Shown: one piece after another, positions 1 through 7,744 of the stretch
Layout: every line of letters begins with the position of its first letter
Position numbering within the stretch: the first letter of the stretch is position 1
Assembly (NCBI RefSeq): GCF_000015805.1
Contig: NC_009073.1
Span: forward strand, 870,001-902,000
Origin: Pyrobaculum calidifontis JCM 11548
GTDB taxonomy: Archaea > Thermoproteota > Thermoprotei > Thermoproteales > Thermoproteaceae
Reading direction: 5' to 3'
DNA: 32,000 nucleotides
Translations under genes and position numbers: made by a program
Notes under the pieces: generated by a model
Databases searched by the model: none
What the model was told of the DNA's origin: nothing
The model's input: only the letters and a program-made list of their open reading frames with translations

Positions 1-135
1 CCCCGGCTTTCCCTCGACGTATCTGCGGTAGAGCGACATGTAGTCCAGCTCCACGTATTCGCATCCGAGGGCCTTTGCCAGCGGCTTTAGAAAGACCGCG
101 TGGTAGCCCTCTCTGCCGTACAGCTTACACGCCAC
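1..135 (-). CDS. hypothetical protein, N-terminal fragment (gene runs off the window start)
   Basis: The minus-strand frame is open to position 1. GTG at 135 gives MACKLYGREGYHAVFLKPLAKALGCEYVELDYMSLYRRYVEGKPG. An in-frame TAA just upstream limits extension. A TATATAAAA-like box at about 166-175 lies upstream. No family recognised with confidence. Confidence 0.35.
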   Translation of the reverse strand, partial: MACKLYGREGYHAVFLKPLAKALGCEYVELDYMSLYRRYVEGKPG

Positions 136-190
136 AAGCGGAAAATGGCCGCAAATAAAAATCCAGTTTTATATACTGCACATATCTAAC

Positions 191-1189
191 GTGGACTTCG
201 CCTCTGTGCTAGAGCGTATTAGGGCGTCGGGGCCTAGGCACCGCCTCGACATAGGCGACCCCGACCTTCCGCCGCCGCCTGAGCTCTTGGAGGCCCTTGG
301 GAGAGCGCGCGACTTTCGGTACGGGCCTCCCGAGGGGCTTCCCGAGTTTAGAGAGGCTGTGGCGGAGGTCTTCGGCGTTGAGCCGGGCGAGGTGGCGGCC
401 GTGGCTGGGGGGAGGCTGGGCCTCGCGGCGCTTATGTGGAAGTTCCGTAGGGAGAGGCTGTTGACGCCGAGGCCCTTCTATCCCGGCTACTTGGAAATTG
501 CCGAGGTCTTCGGCATAGGCCTTGGCTTTGTGGAGGCGGGCGTGGGGTGGCTTCCCAGCTTCTCCGAGCGGGGGGTCTACGTGGTCAACTATCCCAACAA
601 CCCCACGGGGGTGGTCCTCCCGAGGGCCAAGGTGAGGGAGCTTGTGGACGTGGCGTCTTTTGTCATAAGCGACGAGATCTACAGAGACATCGTCTTTGCG
701 GAGTTCACATCGCCGGCTGAGCTGAGCTCCTCTGTGGCTGTGGTGTACAGCTTCTCCAAGGTCTTCTCTATCCCGGGCCTCAGGATCGGCGCCGTGGTGG
801 GGCCCCGCGAGGTGGTGAAGGAGGTGGCCAAGTTCAACAAGGCCACGGTGAACGTCCCCCCGACGCCTGTTCAGAGGGCCGTGGCAGAGGTTATACACAT
901 ACTGCCTAGGCGGAGGGCGGAGGTCTCTAGGGCGTACGCGGAGAGGGCCCGGCTGGCCGCCGAGACGCTTAAGCTCAAGTTCGTGGAGCCAGGCGGCGCG
1001 TTTTACATTTTCCCAGAGGTGGGCGACGGGGACCGGTGTTTTGAAGAGGCGCTTAAGAGGGGCGTCTCCGTGTTGCCGGGTGGTCTGTACGGCTCGAAGA
1101 GCCATGTGAGAATTGCCTTGGTGGAAGAGGCGCCGCGGCTGGCGGAGGCCTTTAAGGCCCTCAACGAGGCGTGCGCCGGGGGGCCGTGA
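191..1189 (+). CDS. PLP-dependent aminotransferase, class I/II (aromatic or histidinol-phosphate aminotransferase-like)
   Basis: 332-aa ORF with the NYPNNPTG motif and the PLP-lysine motif YSFSKVFSIPGLRIG. Its end overlaps the start of the shikimate kinase gene, which suggests an aromatic amino acid context. Confidence 0.85.
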   Translation: MDFASVLERIRASGPRHRLDIGDPDLPPPPELLEALGRARDFRYGPPEGLPEFREAVAEVFGVEPGEVAAVAGGRLGLAALMWKFRRERLLTPRPFYPGYLEIAEVFGIGLGFVEAGVGWLPSFSERGVYVVNYPNNPTGVVLPRAKVRELVDVASFVISDEIYRDIVFAEFTSPAELSSSVAVVYSFSKVFSIPGLRIGAVVGPREVVKEVAKFNKATVNVPPTPVQRAVAEVIHILPRRRAEVSRAYAERARLAAETLKLKFVEPGGAFYIFPEVGDGDRCFEEALKRGVSVLPGGLYGSKSHVRIALVEEAPRLAEAFKALNEACAGGP

Positions 1190-2001
1190 AGTGTGCGAGG
1201 GCCTGCGCGTGGGGCGGGGGGACTATAATTAACGCCATTGCCACAGGTCTCGGCGCCGCTTTCCCCATCTCTATGAGGGCGACGGCGGAGGTCTGTGAGG
1301 CGGAGCGCGACTCCGTCTCCACATATGCCGACGTGGACATGGGGCCTGTCTTGAGAGCCGTGGCCCTTGTGAGAGAGAAGCTGGGCTTGGGGCCTCTCTC
1401 TGTCAGGATAGAGGGCGATTTGCCCACCGCGGGGGGGCTTAAGTCGAGTAGCGCCACGTTAAACGCCGTCATTAGAGCCGCGGCGGAGCTCGCGGGGGTT
1501 AAACTCGACTTATTCGACGCGGCGAGGCTGAACGCGCAGATAAGCAGAGAGGTGGGGATAAGCGTGACGGGGGCCTTTGACGACGCCGTGGCCAGCGCCG
1601 TCGGCAGAGCGTATCTCACCGACAACTTCAAGCTAGTGGTGATTAGGGAGTTGGACGTGTCGGGGAGGGCCGTGGTGTTGATACCGCCGTGGGAGAAGCG
1701 AAGGCACAAGCTGGAGGAGATGGGGGCCTTGGCGCCCGTCGTCAGAGTCGCTGTGTCGCACGCGGGGCTTGGCATGTGGAAGGAGGCCATGCTGATAAAC
1801 GCGGTGGCCTACGGCTACGCCCTCGGCTACCCCCCAGACCCCCTCCTCGACGCGCTGAAGCTGGGGGCCGTTGGCGGAGTGTCGGGGACGGGGCCCTCCC
1901 ACGTCTTCGTCGCCGAGGACCCAGAGCGGCTTGCCCAAGCCTTGGCCAAGTATGGGAAAACCTACGTGGTGGATATCCCGAGAGGCCCTTGCGAGGCGTA
2001 G
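1186..2001 (+). CDS. aroK: shikimate kinase, archaeal GHMP-kinase type
   Basis: GTIINAIATG, GGLKSSSA (GHMP motif), VTGAFDDA and SGTGPS match the MJ1440-type archaeal shikimate kinase. I prefer GTG 1186, which overlaps the upstream TGA as GTGA. The track ORF opens at 1171. Confidence 0.85.
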   Translation: MKCARACAWGGGTIINAIATGLGAAFPISMRATAEVCEAERDSVSTYADVDMGPVLRAVALVREKLGLGPLSVRIEGDLPTAGGLKSSSATLNAVIRAAAELAGVKLDLFDAARLNAQISREVGISVTGAFDDAVASAVGRAYLTDNFKLVVIRELDVSGRAVVLIPPWEKRRHKLEEMGALAPVVRVAVSHAGLGMWKEAMLINAVAYGYALGYPPDPLLDALKLGAVGGVSGTGPSHVFVAEDPERLAQALAKYGKTYVVDIPRGPCEA

Positions 2002-2005
2002 CGCG

Positions 2006-2412
2006 TCACTGTCCAATTAGCCTCTCCACGTCGGATATGTAGCGCCCCACCTTCTCCACCTCGATCTTCAGCATTTCCAAGTCAATTATGCCGTCGTAGA
2101 ACGTCATTTGGTGCAGATAACGCTCCCTTGCCCCATACCGATCTCTAAGGCCAAGCCGCTCCACCTCCGGCCTCTCCTCAAGCTTATCCAACAGCTTCCT
2201 CCTTTCCCAGTGGCTCGCCGGCACTACGTCGAGCATATGCAAAATGAGGACATTGGTAGCGCTCACCACGGCGTTAGCTTCTCCACTGCGTCTCTAATCC
2301 TAACCGCGTCCCCCAACTTGACCCCCTCCTCAAGCTCCTCCACACCCCTCTTAAAGAAGTTCCAAGCGTCTTCAAGGTACACCCTAACTCTTTCGCTCTT
2401 CTCCACGGCCAC
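2006..2412 (-). pseudogene. PaREP1-family (HEPN-like helical) gene split into two overlapping frames
   Basis: The upstream 49-codon ORF (GTG 2412 to TGA 2263) reads VAVEKSERVRVYLEDAWNFFKRGVEELEEGVKLGDAVRIRDAVEKLTPW. The downstream 87-aa ORF (2269..2006) reads VVSATNVLILHMLDVVPASHWERRKLL...YLHQMTFYDGIIDLE. Together they resemble one roughly 135-aa PaREP1-type protein. The frames differ by one nt and overlap by 7 nt (GTGGTGA). Confidence 0.5.
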
Positions 2413-2549
2413 GTAATCTAGGAGCAGTAAAAATGCTTAGTATCCGGAGCCCGCTTCACGGTGGGCGCTCGGCGCCCTCTCGCGGGCCGATCCTGCCGGT
2501 ATATAGCTCTGCCGAGTTTATTAAGTTGACGGCCCCGCCCGGGGCGAGG

Positions 2550-4601
2550 CTAGTGACTTATGGAGACGTATGTGCCGAGCCTTGTGTGAACAGCTTTGTG
2601 CCTCTCTCCGTTGACCACCACCTCTTCTAGCCACTCGCCGAGTATGTGCACTGAGCGCCACGCCCCGCCTAGCTCCACCGCGTTGCCCCGCCTGGAGACG
2701 GCGACCGCCCCCTCGTCTGTGTAAATGGTCCACTTTCCCTCGCCGAATATCCACAGGCCGTCGCTGGTGGGCACGGCCGAGTTTGCCCTAACGTAGAGCG
2801 GCATGTCGGCCTCCGAGGTCGTCCAGCTGGGGCCTAGGTGGGTTTTCCCTGTGGCCGCGTCTATCCAGACGCCTCTGGGCAAGTATACGTCTCTGCGCAT
2901 GGCGCCTTTGTCCACGATGGGGGCGTAGAGCAGGTGGGACCCCACCATGTACTCGTCGTTTATCTTAAAGGCGTCTTCGTCGTCTGGGAACTCCACCCCG
3001 AGGGGTCTCACGATGGGGCGGCCGGCGAGGTGGGCCTCGTGGGCGAGGTGCCAGAGGTATGGGAGAAGTCTCATCCTCAGCCTAACTGCGTCAACGGCCA
3101 TCTGCCTGTACTTGGCCGGGAGCTGCGTGGGCTCAGCGTCTGTGGCCCCCTTGTCTCTGTGGATGCGGAATATGGGGAAGAGCGCGGCGGCTTGGTACCA
3201 CCTGGCTATGAGCTCGTAGTCGCCGATGCCGGCGAAGCCCCCCACGTCACACCCCACGAAGGGGACGCCGGATGCGGAGAGGCCTAGGACGGCCATTAGC
3301 GTCAGCCTCAGCCCCTCCCACGTGCTGGGGACGTCGCCTGTCCAAAGCGCGGCGTAGCGCTGTATGCCGAGGTACCCTGAGCGGGAGAGAATGAAGGGCT
3401 GTCTGCCAGCCGCCTCTAGGGCCTTGTAGGTGGCCTCTGCCTCGTAGTAGGGGTAGAGGCCACGCACTTTCTCGTGGGGCACCTTGACCCCGCCTACCAC
3501 GTGGTAGGCGCCGCGGGGCGCCTTGCAGAACAGCTCTTCCCGGGCGAGCCCGTGCGGCGTCGCCCCCGCCAAGGCGTATATCCTACTCCTCGTCGCTGGT
3601 ATGTCACAGTTGAAGACCGTGGGCTCATTCATGTCTAGCCAAATGCCGTCTATGCCGTAGGTCTTAACGAAGTCTGCCACTAGCTCAGCCCACAGCTCTC
3701 TACAGCGGGGGTTTAAGAAGTCGGGCAGGGCGGAGAGGCCCGGCCACCCCTGGGCTAGGAAAAGCTCGTCGTTCTCAGTCACTAGGAGGCAGTGCAACAG
3801 CTTTTCAAAGGGATTGTAGCCCGGCTCGGCCTTTATGTAGGGGTCGAGTATCGCCACCACTCTGACCCCCGCCTCGTGCATCTCTTCCACAAAGCTCGGG
3901 GGGAACTTCCTCACGTCCCAAGTAAAGGGCCTCCTCTTGTCCATGTAGTCTATGTCGAGGTATACCGCGTCCACTGGGACCAGTGAGGACACCTCTCTCA
4001 CCACCTCCCTCGCCGCGTCGTGCGGCTCGTAGCTGTACCGGGAGAGGTGCACCCCGAGGGCCCACTTCGGCGGGAGGAAGGGCATGCCGGTGACCTCGCT
4101 GTATAGGCCGTAGACGTCCAGCGGCGCGGGGCCAAAAAGTATGTACAACTCGGGCAAGTCCTCCACGTAGACCACCACCTCGCTGTACCTCTCGCGCCCC
4201 ACGTCGACAAAGCCATAGGCCGGGCTGTTGACCACTAGGCCGTACGCCCTGCCCCCCTCAACAAACACCATGAAGGGTATCGACGCGTAGAGTGGGTCCA
4301 TGCCGAGCTGGTATGCGTACAAGTCGTTGTTGAAGAGCTGAAACCGCCCACGGCGCCTATCCACGGGGTAGGCCCTAGTGCCCAAGCCCAACACGTGCTC
4401 GTGGAGCCCAAGCCTCTTGCGGACAGTGGTCGACCCAAGCCGCGCCTCCACGGCTAGTTCCACCTCTATGCCGCAACAAGACGCCTTGAGAGCCCTCCCG
4501 TCGAACTCGGCCGAGGGCTTGGGCTCGCCCTGGGGGAGGGGAAAAGAGAGAAATTGCTCCCCCAGCCTTAGCCTTACGCTCTTCTTCCCTAGCTCAAGCA
4601 C
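2550..4601 (-). CDS. alpha-glucosidase, glycoside hydrolase family 31
   Basis: 683 aa. GIDGIWLDMNEP is the GH31 nucleophile motif. ALWTGDVPSTW is the acid/base region. HRDKG is also present. Length is typical of archaeal MalA-like enzymes. Confidence 0.9.
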   Translation of the reverse strand: MLELGKKSVRLRLGEQFLSFPLPQGEPKPSAEFDGRALKASCCGIEVELAVEARLGSTTVRKRLGLHEHVLGLGTRAYPVDRRRGRFQLFNNDLYAYQLGMDPLYASIPFMVFVEGGRAYGLVVNSPAYGFVDVGRERYSEVVVYVEDLPELYILFGPAPLDVYGLYSEVTGMPFLPPKWALGVHLSRYSYEPHDAAREVVREVSSLVPVDAVYLDIDYMDKRRPFTWDVRKFPPSFVEEMHEAGVRVVAILDPYIKAEPGYNPFEKLLHCLLVTENDELFLAQGWPGLSALPDFLNPRCRELWAELVADFVKTYGIDGIWLDMNEPTVFNCDIPATRSRIYALAGATPHGLAREELFCKAPRGAYHVVGGVKVPHEKVRGLYPYYEAEATYKALEAAGRQPFILSRSGYLGIQRYAALWTGDVPSTWEGLRLTLMAVLGLSASGVPFVGCDVGGFAGIGDYELIARWYQAAALFPIFRIHRDKGATDAEPTQLPAKYRQMAVDAVRLRMRLLPYLWHLAHEAHLAGRPIVRPLGVEFPDDEDAFKINDEYMVGSHLLYAPIVDKGAMRRDVYLPRGVWIDAATGKTHLGPSWTTSEADMPLYVRANSAVPTSDGLWIFGEGKWTIYTDEGAVAVSRRGNAVELGGAWRSVHILGEWLEEVVVNGERHKAVHTRLGTYVSISH

Positions 4602-4622
4602 ATAGGCAAAAAGCCGGGGCTT

Positions 4623-4937
4623 TTAAAAGGCCTTAGACGTAATTTCGTTTGTAAGACGCGCAGCCAGAGCCTCCAGCTGCTTCCTCACCTCGGCAATCCT
4701 CGACTTAGCGGCCTCGCTCTGGGCGAGGTGTTCCAACTCCTTAGCCAAGACGATTCCCTCGTGTATATAGTGGTCCAGCCTTAGCAAGGCGGCTAAGTCC
4801 GCGTCTTTATACAGCCTCTGGGCAAGCTCCTTCTCCAGACACTCCCAGTGCACGGGGCCCTTTGAGTAAAATGTGAACAACTGCCCCTCAATTATGTCGT
4901 CGCCGCAAACCACACACTTCCACCTCTTCCTCTGCAT
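4623..4937 (-). CDS. small conserved archaeal protein, N-terminal Cys/His metal-binding motif plus C-terminal coiled coil (DUF2175-like, from memory)
   Basis: ATG 4937 gives MQRKRWKCVVCGDDIIEGQLFTFYSKGPVHWECLEKE... followed by a helical tail. The longer track ORF (to 5183) would overlap rpl37ae and its promoter, so I use the internal start. A TATA box lies about 24 nt upstream. Confidence 0.6.
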   Translation of the reverse strand: MQRKRWKCVVCGDDIIEGQLFTFYSKGPVHWECLEKELAQRLYKDADLAALLRLDHYIHEGIVLAKELEHLAQSEAAKSRIAEVRKQLEALAARLTNEITSKAF

Positions 4938-4956
4938 GGCCTCAACTCGACCTCCA

Positions 4957-4972
4957 TTTAAAAGATATAAAG
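4957..4972. promoter_or_regulatory. divergent TATA boxes (ATTTAAAAG / GATATAAAG)
   Basis: Two A/T boxes sit in the 54-nt divergent spacer. Each is centred about 24 nt from its start codon (4937 minus, 4992 plus). Confidence 0.5.
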
Positions 4973-4991
4973 CCCCGGTTACATCTCCCCC

Positions 4992-5300
4992 ATGCCCTTT
5001 AGCCACACCAAGATCGTAGGACCCGCTGGGCGATATGGGGCGCGCTACGGGATGGGCATTAGGCGCAAAGTCACCACTATAGAGGTTAAGCAGAGGGGGA
5101 AGCACAGGTGTCCGAGCTGTAGGTCGCTGGTGAGGCTGGAGAGGCTGGCCTTTGGCATATGGCATTGTCCAAAGTGCGGCCACACTTTCGCGGGGGGCGC
5201 CTACGTGCCGCAGACCATCTTGGGCAAGACGATAGCCCCCGAGGAGCTGAAGGGAGTCGAGGCAGAGAAGGCTAAATGGAAGGAGGCTGCAAAGCGCTGA
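4992..5300 (+). CDS. rpl37ae: 50S ribosomal protein L37Ae (eL43)
   Basis: GPAGRYGARYG and a zinc ribbon, CPSC...(x)...CPKCG. Typical eL43 sequence with a short Lys/Glu-rich tail. Confidence 0.9.
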   Translation: MPFSHTKIVGPAGRYGARYGMGIRRKVTTIEVKQRGKHRCPSCRSLVRLERLAFGIWHCPKCGHTFAGGAYVPQTILGKTIAPEELKGVEAEKAKWKEAAKR

Positions 5301-5818
5301 TAACCACCTCCCGCTCCCCCTCCAAGCGCACTCTAGAGCTTGTAAACGACCTCGCCAACTCTCTGCCGGGCGTCAGAAAGGTGGTAAGAGGGAAGCGGCC
5401 GTTCACCGTCCTGCTGGAAGAGGCCGTCCAGTGCGGCGCGCGGCACGTGGTGTTGATATGGGAGAGGAGGGGCATGCCCTACGCCGTCTTGTTCTACGAC
5501 ATAGCCCAGCGAAGGTGGAAGCCCTACGCCCTAAAAATCGCCGGCGTAAGAAGCAGGCGGGACTTCCCAGCCTTCGTCGCCAGAAGGCCGCCGGCCAAGA
5601 CCGCAGTCGTGGTAGACCTAGCACAGAGCGAGGTTGGGGAAATATTCTCAGAGGTCTTCGGCTACCCCCTCCTATACAGCTTAGACGTGAGGGGCTTCGA
5701 CACAATAATTCTAGTGAGAAGAGGAGACGGCCACCTAGTAGTGGAATTCCTAGGACCAGACATGGGCCCCCGCGCCTCCTCCATAAAAGTTGCCAAGGTG
5801 GTTTACCGCCGTGTATAA
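5276..5818 (+). CDS. Brix-domain (Imp4-like) ribosome biogenesis protein
   Basis: The N-terminal LITTSRSPSKRTLELVNDL is typical of archaeal Brix proteins. The gene follows rpl37ae as in the conserved archaeal gene string, and its 5' end overlaps the end of rpl37ae. Confidence 0.8.
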   Translation: MEGGCKALITTSRSPSKRTLELVNDLANSLPGVRKVVRGKRPFTVLLEEAVQCGARHVVLIWERRGMPYAVLFYDIAQRRWKPYALKIAGVRSRRDFPAFVARRPPAKTAVVVDLAQSEVGEIFSEVFGYPLLYSLDVRGFDTIILVRRGDGHLVVEFLGPDMGPRASSIKVAKVVYRRV

Positions 5819-6050
5819 ACTAGTCGTAGAAGTAGACAACTGGGACTTGGCACTCGCCGTGTTCAAGACGCTTGAGAAAGAGGTGAGATTCAGAAGAGGA
5901 GAGCTCCACCTAGAAGTCGGAAAAATCGTAGCTACAGCCGCCGACGCGGCGAGCTTGAGGTCCCTACTCCACACGGTGTTCCGATCCATATACGTAGTGG
6001 CCACGGTCGAGGAAATAGCCGCACGCCAACAACCCCCCACCCATCCCTAG
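5811..6050 (+). CDS. pcc1: KEOPS subunit Pcc1-like protein
   Basis: About 80-aa protein (VYKLVVEVDNWDLALAVFKTLEKEV...SLRSLLHTVFRSIYVV) with Pcc1/CTAG-like composition, in the conserved position after Brix. GTG 5811 overlaps the Brix stop. The track's alternative start is TTG 5790. Confidence 0.6.
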   Translation: MYKLVVEVDNWDLALAVFKTLEKEVRFRRGELHLEVGKIVATAADAASLRSLLHTVFRSIYVVATVEEIAARQQPPTHP

Positions 6051-6237
6051 GGGGCTACTAGCGAAGCCGTCCACAACAATCAACGCCATTTATGGCTACA
6101 TAGACGTAGAGTGAAGGGCAGGTGAGGTGGCGCAAAGACGAACTGTCGTGTATCCAACTTGCTAACATCGATTTAGAGCCGTTAGGCTTGACGCGGCGCG
6201 AGCCATAGGCCTGCCACGTCTAGCAACGGCGCTAAAC

Positions 6238-6244
6238 TTTTAAA
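6238..6244 (+). promoter_or_regulatory. TATA box for tRNA-Arg
   Basis: TTTTAAA is centred about 24 nt upstream of the tRNA 5' end at 6265. Confidence 0.5.
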
Positions 6245-6264
6245 CACACGTTTAGAGACCGATG

Positions 6265-6358
6265 GGGCCCGTAGCTCAGTCAGGATAGAGCGGCGGCCTC
6301 CTAAGCCGTAGGTCGTGGGTTCAGGCAAAGCCGCCTACGAATCCCACCGGGCCCGCCA
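6265..6358 (+). tRNA. tRNA-Arg (anticodon CCT) with a 16-nt intron in the T-loop and an encoded CCA
   Basis: Hand-folded cloverleaf. Acceptor GGGCCCG/CGGGCCC. D stem GCTC/GAGC. Anticodon stem GCGGC/GCCGT with loop CT-CCT-AA (anticodon 6300-6302). Variable loop AGGTC. T stem GTGGG/CCCAC. The T-loop becomes TTCGAAT only after removing 6323-6338. Discriminator G, then CCA. Confidence 0.85.
6323..6338 (+). other. tRNA intron at a non-canonical position (T-loop, about 56/57)
   Basis: AGGCAAAGCCGCCTAC interrupts GTGGGTTC|GAATCCCAC. The boundary is ambiguous by 1 nt because of the flanking C. Confidence 0.75.
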
Positions 6359-6396
6359 CTTGTCTTTACTTGTGTCCTTGCATCTGACGGTAGACG

Positions 6397-6951
6397 GTGA
6401 CATTGGCGTTTACTGTGTTTGAAGTGTGTACGGCCTATTTATGTGGCACATTTTCCTGTCTCGTGTTTTCTCTTTTGGAGGAGAGGGTTAGGTTGACTCT
6501 GTGGCGGCTGGCGGCGGAGTTCGCTTACATGGCTTTGGTGGATACACGTATAGTGCCTCCTCACAGCCTCCTGCGGCGGCGTGTCTCGCGGGTTGTGGAG
6601 CCTGAGTTTTTGTCTCTTTTGGCGCTGAGGGTGGGCGGCGACAATGCCGATGTGGCGCTTAACTCGGTGCTTGGCGTGCGCCTGGGCGGCGTTCCCCGCT
6701 GTGAGTTGTTGGAGGGGGTTATGCCCGAGTTGTACAAGCTCTGCATGGCGCTCCGGAGCAGGGGGGATGAGCCGTTGTATAAGGCTCTGCCCGACGTGGT
6801 CGTGCCGCTGGCCGTGGCGTCGTCTGCCGGGGGCTTTGAGGAGGGGGACCTCCTCTTGGCTGCCTATCGGGCGGCGGCTTTTGGCAGAGGGCCCGAGCTG
6901 GAGAGAGTCCTACGGTACTTCTCGCGGTGGTACGTGGTGGCTAGGTTTTAG
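6397..6951 (+). CDS. hypothetical protein
   Basis: 184-aa ORF whose G/C-rich third codon positions resemble neighbouring real genes. Hydrophobic N-terminus. The start is uncertain (GTG 6397 or ATG 6529). No motif recognised. Confidence 0.4.
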   Translation: MTLAFTVFEVCTAYLCGTFSCLVFSLLEERVRLTLWRLAAEFAYMALVDTRIVPPHSLLRRRVSRVVEPEFLSLLALRVGGDNADVALNSVLGVRLGGVPRCELLEGVMPELYKLCMALRSRGDEPLYKALPDVVVPLAVASSAGGFEEGDLLLAAYRAAAFGRGPELERVLRYFSRWYVVARF

Positions 6952-6979
6952 CTTTTTAAGTGGGGCCTCTGGTGGCGCT

Positions 6980-7744
6980 GTGTTTAAGAGGGGGGACTGG
7001 GCGCTTCTCTTGGAGGTGGGGGGCGGGTACAGGACTGTGGCTAAAGTCGGCGGGGGTGTTGTGCAGACTATTAGGGGCTTTTTGGACCTGGACGCGTTGG
7101 TGGGGGCGCCTTACGGCTCTGTCTTGTCCTCTTCTCTCGGCGTTAGGTTTATGGCTCTTCCTGCGACGATTTTCGACGTAATTGAGCACCGCTTCAAGCG
7201 TAAGGCGCAAGCCATTTACCCGAAGGACGCGGTGCACATTGTGAGAGTGGCTGGGGTTGGCCCTGGGTCTAGGGTGGCTGAGGCGGGGACTGGCTCTGGC
7301 TTTTTGACGGCTGTGTTGGCGTGGTACGTCCGCCCGTGGGGGGTCGTCTACAGCTTTGAGAGGAGGCTTGACCACTTGAGGGTGGCTGTGGATAATATAA
7401 GGAGCGTGGGGCTTGACCCGTATGTGGAACTGCAACTTAGGGACGTCTCTGCCTCTGGCTTTGGGCTCGCGGGGTTAGACGCCGTGGTTTTAGACATGGG
7501 CGACCCCTGGGCGGCTGTCCCCTACGCCAAGGAGGCGCTGAAGCCGGGCGGCGCGTTGGCGATCTTTTCCACCACGGTGGAACACTTGGTGAAGAGCCTC
7601 GCAGCTGTGGAGGAGGCAGGGTTCTGCGAAGTGTCTGTGGAGGAGGTCTTGGCGAGGAGGTGGAAGCCGACGCTGGGCGAGGTAAGACCGGAGACTTTCG
7701 GCGTGGTGCACACGGGGTGGATTATCGCCGCGAGGAACTGCTGA
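6980..7744 (+). CDS. trmI: tRNA (adenine-N1)-methyltransferase TrmI (Gcd14 family)
   Basis: SAM motif VAEAGTGSGFLT, VVLDMGDPW, and overall Gcd14/TrmI architecture. GTG 6980 lies about 22 nt downstream of a CTTTTTAAG box. The long upstream extension in the track (from 6644) overlaps the previous gene in another frame. Confidence 0.85.
   Translation: MFKRGDWALLLEVGGGYRTVAKVGGGVVQTIRGFLDLDALVGAPYGSVLSSSLGVRFMALPATIFDVIEHRFKRKAQAIYPKDAVHIVRVAGVGPGSRVAEAGTGSGFLTAVLAWYVRPWGVVYSFERRLDHLRVAVDNIRSVGLDPYVELQLRDVSASGFGLAGLDAVVLDMGDPWAAVPYAKEALKPGGALAIFSTTVEHLVKSLAAVEEAGFCEVSVEEVLARRWKPTLGEVRPETFGVVHTGWIIAARNC

Noticed and set aside
136-165. Possible DUF1284-like motif (ICGHFPLVACKLYGREGY) that would extend the partial first gene upstream of GTG 135.
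   Set aside because: The extension has no canonical start codon before the in-frame TAA, and it would begin upstream of the transcription start predicted from the TATA box. The resemblance is weak.
209-1105. 298-aa minus-strand ORF antisense to the aminotransferase. Similar long antisense or off-frame ORFs occur at 1161-1790, 1633-2016, 2838-3287, 5403-5823, 6956-7435, 8287-8894, 8907-9443, 19080-19661, 26891-27397 and 28487-28915.
   Set aside because: Their composition is Arg/Pro/Gly/Ser-rich and typical of non-coding frames in GC-rich DNA. Each fully overlaps a gene with clear family motifs on the other strand or in another frame.
2532-2545. GC hairpin GCCCC-gccc-GGGGC just downstream of the alpha-glucosidase stop.
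   Set aside because: It has only 5 bp and no oligo-T tract on the minus strand. Archaeal termination does not require hairpins, so the evidence is insufficient to call a terminator.
4938-5183. N-terminal extension of the small Cys/His protein ORF (186-aa version).
   Set aside because: It would run antisense through the rpl37ae coding region and the divergent promoter. The conserved-looking protein begins at ATG 4937.
6358-6960. Possible integrated element or att site next to the tRNA gene. tRNA 3' ends are common integration targets, and an orphan ORF follows the tRNA.
   Set aside because: I found no integrase gene, no direct repeat of the tRNA 3' segment elsewhere in the window, and no compositional break.
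6644-6979. Long N-terminal extension of the TrmI ORF (the track gives 366 aa starting at 6644).
   Set aside because: The extension is Trp/Arg/Cys-rich and overlaps the 6397-6951 ORF out of frame. TrmI homology begins near GTG 6980, which also has a TATA-like box at the right distance.
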